Below, piece after piece: positions 53,251 through 64,000 of a stretch of DNA of 64,000 nucleotides. The notes under the pieces were generated by a model that was not told the DNA's origin, made no database searches, and worked only from the letters and a program-made list of their open reading frames with translations. Each line of letters opens with the position of its first letter. Position 1 is the first letter of the stretch. The position numbers and the translations under genes are program-made. This DNA comes from Oopsacas minuta (Eukaryota > Animalia > Porifera): contig JAKMXF010000055.1 in NCBI GenBank assembly GCA_024704765.1, positions 654,769 to 718,768 of the forward strand, written 5' to 3'.

Positions 53251-53389
53251 ATTATTAGAAATTAATAATACAATGCAGCATATACAACACATTATGGAAT
53301 TACTTTATATAAACATAAAATTTGATACTAAAGATTCTCAATTATTATGAATGCTGTAAAATACAAATGTCACAACCGAATAGTCCACG

Positions 53390-53600
53390 ATTCGATTCAA
53401 ACTGAACATCAGTTTTCGGTAATAATGAAAACTGAATATTACCACTATTAGTATTCTGTCATCATAACCGAATATGATCGAAAAGTATTCGGCATGGGTT
53501 ACCAAAATTATCAGGTTTTGTATTCGGTAAGAGTAAGCGAATATTATCAGTATTCGAATTGGGTAGGGAAGCTATTCATGAAATGTGATATTCGGTTTAG
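53390..53600. repeat. Cluster of CCGAATA / TATTCGG-like motifs
   Basis: About eight exact or one-off copies in both orientations within about 210 bp, as seen in hAT/MITE subterminal arrays. Confidence 0.5.
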
Positions 53601-54711
53601 TGAGTTTCACCTTGTATAATACCCATACATACTACAAATATATGGCAAAATTATATTGAATTTTCAAACCGCTGGTTAAGTTTTAACTCAACCTGACGGG
53701 TGTAGCTTGAAAATGATAGATTGGACTAGTGATTTGCAAAACTATTGAATTTTGAAATGCTTGGAGTCTCAAAACACAGGCGAAAACTTAGCCTAATTGT
53801 TTAGTCCCGTCCTCCTACTTTTTTACACTGCCAACTCAGATGCTTTATAATATATAATATTTACCTCAGATACAAATATATTTCTTATAAATTCATATTG
53901 TATTTTTTGAAATCTCTTCGTTGATCTATTATCCAAACGAACTATCTGATGATCATGTGTATCTAGAATGGTAAATTAATCACTAAATCATTGAGGAATT
54001 ATTTTAGAAGTTATTTTGGGCGGTGAGCTTGTTAAGCTACCGCTGTAACCACTGGAGTTACGCCTATGACGAAACTGGCGTTAAAAGGAAGTGGTTCGAT
54101 ATCCAAAATATAGCTTGAAAGTAAATGATCTTCCGCTTACAACGAATTTCGGTAAATCGTATGTAATCATAGGTCCCGAATACCTCGTTATTGTTTGCTG
54201 TGGGCAAACTTTTCCATTTATTAGAAACCACTTCAATTGTACTTGAATCTTGCGAAGAAATGAAGCATATCTAGTTGAAGCTGTGATTCGATTTATATCT
54301 AACTAACTAATTAAATGACATAGAAGTATTATGTATTTCTATATACATTTTTGCTATTATGCTCCACAGTTTGTAGCATGAATAAAGTACATGATTGAAC
54401 AAAATCTAATAACGAATTGAAATATTCAAAATGTTATAACACAAAAAAGTAGTTTGAGATTAAAAATCTCTGCAGCAGGCATATTGATCTTAGGAACAAA
54501 ATATTATCCTAAACTCTAAAGGGATCATGAAATACAATCAGATGTGAACATGATCATTAGATTTAATAATTCACCCACAACGAGAATAAGGATAAGCGAT
54601 TGTGCAATTTTTTTGACAACAATTATGTTTGTTAACAATATGATATCTACCTAACGAATTATTGATGAATGAGTATAAGGAAATTCAATGAGATATCATT
54701 TGGAATCTAAC

Positions 54712-54942
54712 CTTTTTCAGATTTCGTAATTTGGGGATTCTTTTGCTGCTTTATTACAAAAGCAGTGGAAATAATTCTAGTATCAATTGCATCTTCACTG
54801 AAAGAATCGGCTTCTAAAACAGAAGAGTTAGATAGTTCCCTGTTAACAGCATTCAGAGGGATAGAATAAAAGTCTCTATTGTGAGAGAACTCTTTTGGAA
54901 AAGGAGTATATTCAAAATCCAAATGAATTTGTTTTGAAACAT
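54712..54942 (-). CDS. Candidate symmetric phase-1 exon of unknown gene
   Basis: atcag acceptor and gttaga donor bound 231 nt with an open frame (VSKQIHLDFEYTPFPKEFSHNRDFYSIPLNAVNRELSNSSVLEADSFSEDAIDTRIISTAFVIKQQKNPQITKSEK). Confidence 0.3.
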
Positions 54943-55759
54943 CTGATTGATAAAGAACTGTTACAAACTATGAAAAGTTGAATGTAAATAATACGAAAAA
55001 TAATAATGTAACAATAACAAAATATTTTGAATATTCATTCTAGAAAATTTAATTCCAGCATAATTCGAAAGAACGAGATTTTGAAATTCAAGTATAATTA
55101 TTATAGCTTTGAACTATACCCTAAATAATTCAGATTAAGTGTTCTTCTCGAAAGGCTAATATTACTGGACAAACTTCTTCTTTTGGGAATTATAACGTCG
55201 ACGCCCGCAAGATGATAGTCTTTCACAACTCCCCTCCCAAGATAGCTTCACATGCTGTGCAATGAGATAGCTAACGATATAACTAACTTTAGTGTTATTT
55301 TATGATTGCTTATTCTGGCTGGCAAAAGACCAAGATAAATAGAATAACAATATGAAGATCGGAAGATATCTCTCAAGACTCTTGCTGATTAGTTCGAGCT
55401 ATAGATTCAGATAATTTTGGTAACTAAATGGTCTTAAGTCCATTATATGAGTGGTGGGCATCTTGTGGCCAGTGAGATACATTTATGTAACCTCGAATTT
55501 ACAATTGTTAGAACAGAATTATACTGCGTGTGGATTGCATACTCATGTTAACTGTCCATTTTCAAATGAAATATCCATATTCAACATTTTCCATATTAGA
55601 TTGGGCATATGCTCATGCACAATTTTATGTCAAAGGTAGCCAATGTTAGTTTATGAGTGTATTCAAGGTGCGATGTCTGGTAAATAAATGAAATAAATAT
55701 GTATACATATTCCTTAGAAGTGCAAAGGGGAAGTAAGTACTATCGACAAAGTCGGACAC

Positions 55760-58200
55760 GTAACTTATCGTAATATCTGTGTCTGAAGTATAAGTGAAAT
55801 CATTGAATAGGCTTGCCCGTAAGTAGAATATCTCACCTTGAACCCAGTAGTCTGACGATTATAAAATGTTTTCCCTTGCAGATATTGGCTTAAAAAAAAC
55901 GAATAACGTCTGTTTAGAAGGACATAAAAATTGTAGAAGAGAACGTTCTTGACAGAAGGAGTGAACAATATTTCTTCATAAAAGGCGGAACATGTCAAGA
56001 TGTTTGACTTGCTGTGATTTTGTTTCTGTTAAAAAGGTTTCAATCTTCGTTGTCACTACTATACTACGGTATAGGTGAAGTATGTTAATATAACTGAATA
56101 AGAGCGAAAGGACAAGTCTCATTCTTTACCCTTCTCTGTTCAAAAACACAAAAGTACCGATCAAACTTATACTGCTCAATTAGCAGTGCATATAAGAGGT
56201 ATTATTGCTGAATTTGACAATATTGAGGAATTTAGGAGTTAGACCCATTTAGGGTACCACTACTAGTACAGATATTCTTATTACTGGTGTCAACATTGTG
56301 ATGCATCTATGACTGGTAAATGACGAGCCTTGGACAAGAAAATTAAGAGTATTCAAGTTTTCCGCAATATCAACCCAGAAGGCAAGATTCTTAGTCTATT
56401 CTTAGTCACAAATTTCAGAGTGGGCAAAAGTTTCATCTTCTAGAAATACGGATACCGATTTCTGATCTCACCTGATAAAATCAATCAAGTTTGGCTCCTG
56501 TGCTCATCCATCATTTCTCAGAGAAGTACAGCAAATTACCATTATCAGAATTCATTTCTTGTAATTGTTGCTGAAACTGTCTGTGATTGAACCCTCGAGA
56601 ACCAATGAAGTTTATTGTTGTACAACTACAGTCAGTAAAATAATTATTGAGATTTTTCGATATATTCATAAAAGAATCAATTTTCTTTTAATCAACTTTA
56701 CAATATCATTTACATGCAGAATTGATTAGATATATTCTTCTTAGCTATTTTGACGATTTATCAACTTAGATTGCATTCCTTAATATTTAATTAATATGAA
56801 GAATCTGTTGACTACGTCATCATTTTCCTCAATTCTTGAATAATAACTTGTAAATTCTAAAGATTCTATTTTTTGCTTGTAATCCCTTGATATGAGTCAA
56901 CAGCGAAAGAGACTACAGGTAGAAACATCATTTATCAGTTGTGGTCTATCTCTTGTTCAGATTTCAAAGAAACTTAGGGTCAGTGTGGGCACTGTTTATC
57001 GAATAAAATCAAGAACACAACATAATGTTGTCTTGAACATCATAAAGAAGCTGGGAGGCCATCAAGCCTAAGATTATCGGTCAAGAGAAACGTTACTCAA
57101 CAGATCAGACGTGGGCCCTATATTTCTTTACGTACTTTAGCATCACTCGCCCCCGGTAAATCCTCACACGATACAGTCTGACAGGCGGTGAAAGATCTTG
57201 ACTACAACAAACACAACGGAAAATAAACTAATGATTAGCGAGAAAAATCTACTTGCAAGCGACAATGGGCTAAGAAGTCAAATATCCCAAGAAAGTGTGG
57301 TGCCACACAGTAATTAATGATGAAATGTCGATTTTGCTTGCTCGGGGAAGGATCAAAATGTGGACAAAATCAGACCAAAAACGAATAGTCCCGACAACTA
57401 AGCATTCTCCAAAGATCAATGTTCGGGCAGGGTTTAGTCCAATGGGAATATTTCCTCTATGTATTCTCACCGAAAATATGAACAGTCAAATGTTTATTGA
57501 TATTCTAGAAGGGCATTTGTTAACTCACGCCGAAATCTTCCACCGAAATGAGTGGCGTCTTGTCATGGACAACGACACAAAGCACTCTTCTAAACTGGCC
57601 AAGGCATATCTTGTTCAGAACATCCCAAATCATCTTCCTTGGCCTTCTCAGAGCCCCAATATCAACCCAATAGAAAATATTTTCAGTTGGGCAAAACGAG
57701 AACTTATAAAATTGGCTCTTAGGACAATTCCAGAGCTAAGGAAGAAGCGTGAAATTGTATGAGCTAAGATATCCCCTGAATTTCTAAAGCCATATTGTGA
57801 TTCGATGCCACACAGATGCCAGAAGTTAATAGAATCTGTGGTTTTGCCATAAATTATTAACTAGTGATCTTGTTTCACCATATACCACATGAATTAGTTA
57901 CCACTCAGGAAAATTGGTTCTGTTCTAGCTCATTGAATAAATCTCAATAATTATGATATAGACTGTATGCACATCACCTCCTTCAGAGTCACATGTTTGG
58001 CACATAATGCATCTTCATGCATGACAAATGAACCTCAATTAACTCATGATTCTGTCCATAATCTTTCATGTTGTTTTCGAAAGATAGTTGGAATTTACGA
58101 ACGCCTTTGTGAATATGAAAGAAAGCTCTGGTGGGAAGCGTAGCTAAAGTTAAGGAACTATTTACACATTGATGGAGAATAATCCCAAGGATATTATGTT
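55760..58200 (-). pseudogene. Buster-type hAT transposase relic interrupted by the Tc1 at 56629-57965
   Basis: Removing the Tc1 and one TA joins VMHEDALCAKHVTLKEVMCIVV to INFIGSRGFNHRQFQQQLQEMNSDNGNLLYF, the HQEALC...RGLNHRQF motif of this family. A degenerate STY motif lies near 55820. Confidence 0.75.
56629..57965 (+). mobile_element. Tc1-like DD34E transposon (1337 bp), decayed
   Basis: 27-bp TIRs with 4 mismatches (CAGTCAGTAAAATAATTATTGAGATTT / CAGTCTATATCATAATTATTGAGATTT), TA flanks. Motifs INDE, MDNDTKH..WPSQSPNINPIE with 34 residues between D and E. Confidence 0.9.
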
Positions 58201-58203
58201 GCA

Positions 58204-59391
58204 CAGGGTGTCTCAAAAGTTATTTCCTCCTCAGTACTTCGATTGAAGTCGTTATAAATCGAACTGTATTGTTTACTAACCGATCATTTTTCAGATTATT
58301 ATTAATCTATAGCAGTCCAATACTATAATAAATACTTCATTTCCTTATTTGATAATCTGTTTATATTTTCGATATTTTTTCTCAACCCTCACAAATTCCA
58401 TACATGGATGTCATGAAACCGAGATTTGCTGTCCGAGAGCGAGCGATTGGCATGATTGAAGCGGGTTCAATACAGAAAACAGTCGCCAATACTCTTAGAG
58501 TCACAATTCGGACAGTTCGGAACTGGTGTAAAAGGCATAGAGCTGGATATTTGCTTGATGACAAACCCCGGTCTGGACGTCCGACGAAGCTTTCCCGGAT
58601 TCCGAAAATTATAATTCGAAAATCAATCGGGAAACGCTACAATTCAACCCAAAATCTTGCGAAATATATCTCGTCTAAGTCGGTGACCGTTAGTAAAGAC
58701 ACAATTCACCGTTATTTACGCGACACAATCGGAGCGAAAGCCTATGAAAGACCCTCATACCCGAAATTCACTGAAAGCAAAAGGTAAAGAGGCTAGAATT
58801 CTGTCAGGAACGCAAAAACATGGAATGGTCGTGATTGGGAAAGAGTTCTTTTTAGTGATGAAAGCCATTTTGAGCTTTTCCACCCGACTAATATGCAGAA
58901 TGATCGTGTTTGGGACATTAATCCGCACAACATTACCCTTGTTGAATCAGTCAAAACCCCCCGAAAATGATGGGTCTGGGAAATGATGAGCCGGCCAGAC
59001 AATTTTCATGCAGAATGGCGCCCCTGCCCATACAGCCATAAGGACCGAGAAATGGCTTTCAAAGCATCTACCTGGCTTTTGGGAGAAAGGTGTTTAACCT
59101 AGTAACTCCCCAGATTTAAATCCCATCGAAAATCTTTGGTCTATTATGCCAGCAGAGCTAGACAAGAGAAAGCCCGCTACAAATTTAACACAGCTCGGAG
59201 ATATTTGAAAAATATATGGAATGGGACTAGCCCGTCGATACTTGAGAATTTAGTTGCTGGGATGCCAAGTCGAATTAATCTATGTATAAAACTTAATGGT
59301 GAAAATATAGGCAAATAATTAGATGAATCTATCCAAGAAATTCTATATTATAGTGGTATTCATAAGTGGAAAAGACTTTTGAGACATCCTG
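58204..59391 (+). mobile_element. Second DD37E-type transposon (1188 bp), internally deleted
   Basis: TIRs CAGGGTGTCTCAAAAGTTATTTCC / CAGGATGTCTCAAAAGTCTTTTCC; TA on the right, CA on the left. N-terminus is colinear with the 16741 element. FMQNGAPAH (D to N) .. SPDLNPIE has 37-residue spacing with one internal stop. Deletion after the GMMS-like motif. Confidence 0.88.
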
Positions 59392-59394
59392 TAT

Positions 59395-59570
59395 GTGTCT
59401 TTGTCAGCGATATACGCTTACAGTTTGCGAATAGTTTCTATGATTTCGAAAATATGAGCCAGCATTCAGATCATTCGAGTCCAAAAGATTTTAACGTCAC
59501 AAAAGCTCCAGAATATCTACGAAATAGAATTAGCTGAGCTGCAGTGTAGTTCTGAAATGAAAACAAGGAT
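59395..59570 (+). pseudogene. Short Buster-type hAT transposase fragment
   Basis: DIRLQFANSFYDF..KAPEYL..ELAELQCSSEMK resembles the EF..RF.DF / ELQC region of the hATs at 11069 and 40364. Confidence 0.55.
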
Positions 59571-59639
59571 TGCCACGGTTCTACTCTGTAGTTAGAATAG
59601 TAAGAGTCTCCAAGGTTATGTGGCAAGAGTATAGATATT

Positions 59640-59910
59640 AAATGATAAATTGTATATTACCGAGTAAACATATTCAGGCCATATATAAATAATAGGTGCA
59701 AATTCATTAATACAAGCAATGGCCCAATCCAAAATAACATCAAGGTAGAAAATTGCAAACCCCAATACGGGCCCAAATTTTGATCATTAAGTGGAGATTT
59801 CAGATTAAAGAGCTTGGTCGTCAAATACAGTAATGTGAATCACATATTCACCGTTCCTAAACACAGTAGACTCAGTCTAATATACAAATTGTTAATCAGG
59901 TTAAAGCCCT
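59640..59910 (-). mobile_element. Possible non-LTR retrotransposon RT relic
   Basis: Fragments LINNLY..TESTVFRNG and FYLDVILDWAI resemble the region around the QG motif of LINE RTs. Heavily decayed. Confidence 0.3.
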
Positions 59911-60232
59911 TGTCAGTGGAAGGTCTGAGCCATCGATTCACACATTAGCCTCCACCCGAAAGGTGGTCAAATTTACATTTCAATGCTGAAATGTGAACCC
60001 TCACTTGTAACCGGATGGGGCAGCGAATGAAGGCGTTTCAGAAGACACACAAGAGCTGTGGAACAAGGCCACCTGGGGATGAGTTGTTAGAGCTTAGCGA
60101 ACCAGCGGCACAAACGCAATCCTGAGAAATCACCCATAAAGTCCAGGACTCAAATCACCAACTGAAACACCTCTAAGCTAAGGGGATATAATACTTGACG
60201 ACGAGGTGTTTCTAGGAGTGAGAAAGAGTAGA

Positions 60233-61542
60233 CTAGGGCGTTCAATAAGCCTTGCGGGTGATATCATAGAATATGATACAAACACTATACACACTAATTC
60301 ACTATATTATTTATTCAAAGTAATCCCCTCCTGCAGATACACAAAGTTTTAACCTTTCCACCCACTTGTAAAACACATTTCTGTGCTCTTCTTCGAGGAT
60401 GGATTTGAAGTACTGGTACAGGCCCGTTCCGAGTGCTTGTAATGTGTTAAAATCTTTACCTTGAAGGTAGATTGTAAGCTTGGGGAATAGCCAAAAATCA
60501 CACGAGCTGGGTCTGGTGAGTATGGTGAATGTGGAAGTAATTCTAACCCTTCTACATCCAAGAAATTTTTGATAAGCTTAGCTGCATGGGAACGGCGTTA
60601 TCAATTAAAATCTTCATTCCTCGAATTCCGGTTTTAGGGCGGTACTTTTCTATATTTTTTATCAAATTTGGAAGCACTTGCTCTGTAAAGAAAGTAGCAC
60701 TAACAGCCTTGCCACTCTCACAAGGTAATTACAAGACAATTCTATGACTACTGAAGATGATGGGATGCATAATCTTAGTCCAGGAATTTTCGTCGGTTAT
60801 TCGTCGCCCCTCACCTATGATCGCTTTTTAGACTTGCTATTGGTGTTGAATGGTACACCCACGTTTCGTCATCAGTAATAATCTCTGTTAGGCGTCTAGA
60901 ATCGCAGTTCTCATAAGTTTCCGAGAGTTTCGTGGCAATATTCAGTCGATCCAACCTTTGATTCTCACTGAGCTTATGCGAACCCATTTCCCACAAATCG
61001 ATCGGTAGCCCAGCTCAATTGTCAGAATTGTATGAATAGTTTCCGTGAAATCTCCATACTCTGTTCTGACTGATTGACAGTAATGCACTTGTCTTCCGTC
61101 GCCATACTTTCAATGAGTGCGATATTCTCTAAAGTGGTGGCGGATACCGTCTTCCAGATCGAGGAAAATCTGTGACAACAGCATCACCAGATCTAAAACT
61201 GGCAGCCCATCGCTCTACAGTAGATCTGGGAGGGCAATCCCCGCACATTATCTCCTGTAACTCACTGAAGATTTGTACGAGGTGGATCTTGAGTATTGTG
61301 CGAAACTCTATGTAAGCTCGCCATTTGAGGTTGAAATTATCATCCTTTGAAGCCATAAATTCAACAGTGGGTATAAATTTACTACACGTAACTATCTCAA
61401 AAATTCATAATTTGTATTGAATTACCTTGAAACTTTCAGATATGGAGTTTAACTAATGGGCTTATAATATATGAAGTTAGATATATTACTTGACTAATTC
61501 CTAAGATACATTATGACCCGCAAGACTTATTGAACGCCCTGA
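60233..61542 (-). mobile_element. mariner (DD34D) transposon, 1310 bp, decayed
   Basis: TIRs TCAGGGCGTTCAATAAGTCTTGCGGG / CTAGGGCGTTCAATAAGCCTTGCGGG, TA on the right. Motifs RSGR, WVPHKL-like, ITDDETWVY, DNA..HSPYSPD..CDFW with reconstructed 34-residue spacing. Confidence 0.9.
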
Positions 61543-64000
61543 TATATTCTACATGAAACTTGAGTATAACACAGTTACTAACCTTTTCAATCGCCAATAG
61601 TGAAACAGAAGGTAATATCTGAATTGCAGAAGATAGATAAAGGAGTATTTCCTCAGTATAGAGATAAAATTCTATCGTCAATGGACAAGATAACAAATCA
61701 ACAAAGGATTGAATCACACGCTTAAATAAACTCATAAATCTGTCATCCACAATTTGATGAAGAGATCGCTAAAGGATTATTGTAATATAAGATATTAGAG
61801 AATCTACATTCACCGCCATTTGGCATTCGAAAACTACCGAATCACTAAATATATTGGCCATATTTCCTGCCTATCATAGGTGTAGGATAATACACGAAAA
61901 CCAGCTATGCATTTTGATTGACATTAACAAGACAAATCTATTAAAACAATTCCATAATATAAGTAACATCTAATCATACCTTATTGATTAGATAGGCAAT
62001 TATATCATATGTATAGCATAGGTATTTGTTTACGACAGTGGTTCCCATACTATTTACTTTCTCTCTTCGTACCCAAAGTAACTTTGCATTACCCTTTGCA
62101 AAGTGTGCAGTAATAGAGAGGATACTACGAGAATTAGGATATATTTTCACATTTTAAAATAATCAAATTTAAAGATATCATTTATACCTTTCAAGATAAA
62201 GTACAAACGAATACTTAGAAGTTCAAATATCGATTAGAGGCCATCGCACTGCTTCACTGCGAGAATAAATTTCACTCAATCTGAATATAACCTTCAAGTT
62301 GAATAAACAATACTCCGATCAATTACATATTCCTCCTACGAGCATGTGCTGTTTTTGTAGATATATTTACAGATAATATTTACAGATAGCATACTGTATA
62401 ACTTTCAGTATTTCAAAATGGAATGATCAGAGTGGAAATAAGAAAATATTATTATGCATATATCAATATCGATCTATATCTATGAATAAATTGATAAATC
62501 ACATTGTGGTAGTATGCGTTTTATGCATATCTCCAAATATAATTTGAGTGTTTTTCTGGATCTAAATAAGTGAATTTTGTAGAAAAATATTACAATCAGT
62601 ATCCATAAATAAGAGGAATCCTCAATACAGTGCCTCTAACCTGAAATTATAAATTATCTGAATATGGACAGTCAATTTTATAAAGTCCACCAGGGGCCGG
62701 CCAAATGTAATCGTTATATGTAGGTGGCCGCTATGCAGAAGTAGATGTATATTATATTTCGTACCAAGTGATTATAATTCAGGGACCGTTATACTCAGCT
62801 GACAGTTATGCAGAGGTGCCGTTAAGTAGGTAGGACTGAATTTTCGTACTGCAAATTCCATAACTTACGTATGTGTTCATATTGTATTTTAGTACTATAT
62901 TGAGCATAAAAATATATATTATAGTGAACATTCCAAACAACGACTTCAAAGTATGCAAGTTATTCGTGATAGCGTATTTGACCGTATATTACATTTCTAT
63001 TGGTTCTAGTTACAAGTTAGAGAAACTATTATGCACACATTAAAAGTGCTCACAGAATGCTGCTTTGAAATTCGTGAATACAACAAACGTATACGTACAA
63101 TACTCTACGATAAATTAGACCTATGCATAGACGCGAAAACGTTACCTAACAATAGAAAACTGACCTTTTAAACAATTAACAGACAGATCAAGATCTGGCA
63201 ACTCTCACACAAAACCTGTGATAACTCTGCACTGACCTACGAATCTACTGAATTGTCAATTGGGCCACTACAAACAGTTCAGTGAACCTATTATAGAAGA
63301 ATATTTCTAGCTCTCTCACTATATATTGTGTTGTTTGGTGTGAAATAGATATGAATACTTGCTGTTCATATTTCTGATAACTATACTATCAGAATTTATA
63401 TCAAGTAAAGCTCCATATTTGACAAGTGTTATCTTAGCAGCCTATTCAAATCGCCACTAAACACCTTTTTCTCAAAGAGTATGGGTTCTATTTTGAAAAG
63501 AACCCTACCCCTGTAAAGAGGAAAGTTTGTACATTTCATATCATCACTCATAATTACCAAATTTCCCATGATAAGTAAGCAATTTTGCATTGCAGCTTGG
63601 TCGAGGTCTTATATTACTATCTCACAAATTATAGTGATAAAAACTTATCCTTGTAGTCATAGTTACATCTCACTTGGTACATTGTATATATCAAATTAAA
63701 ATAAAAATGATTATATTCAAAAATGTTATTCATGCCCGAACTTTAAGTAGGAATTACACAGACGACCAGTATTGTTAGATGATTGTATGCTCTGTAACGA
63801 TATAATGATCCCAGAATATTCTTAGTGTAAATGTACTAGCAATGACTAAATTCTTGAGTTCAAATGTAATCCTTCTCAATTACACAACTCAACAAGATTT
63901 CTCATCAGAGATCACATACATTTATCTTAGCATACTTTTGAATGCTGAACTCGAATGTGCAATCAGAATTTCTTTAGCACGTCTAGTTATTCTGAAATCC

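Noticed and set aside
60863-60875. Hammerhead-like core CTGATGA-C-GAAAC on the minus strand
   Set aside because: It is the coding sequence of the mariner TDDET catalytic motif and has no flanking stems.
60233-61542. SETMAR-like host gene
   Set aside because: No SET domain is present; TIRs are present and the ORF is disrupted.

Overview
AT-rich eukaryotic (probably invertebrate animal) DNA with one 115-N gap. No prokaryotic features and no confidently identifiable host gene. The window is a dense, partly nested cluster of decayed cut-and-paste DNA transposons. Tc1/mariner types: DD34E (two near-identical copies plus two others), DD37E (two), maT DD37D and mariner DD34D. Also present: two pogo/Tigger elements plus MITEs, several hAT elements (two Buster-type with 8-bp TSDs, one divergent, relics), a MULE relic, Helitron-like non-autonomous repeats and one RAG1-like Transib. 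The Transib (22827-25793) is the most notable. It has the RAG1-type catalytic and Zn motifs, a segment resembling the RAG1 nonamer-binding domain, a perfect CACAGTG heptamer at its right end and a 5-bp TSD. A second terminal motif sits 10 bp from the heptamer at one end and 20 bp at the other, which could be RSS-like asymmetry or decay. All family assignments come from reading motifs by eye; no database search was run.
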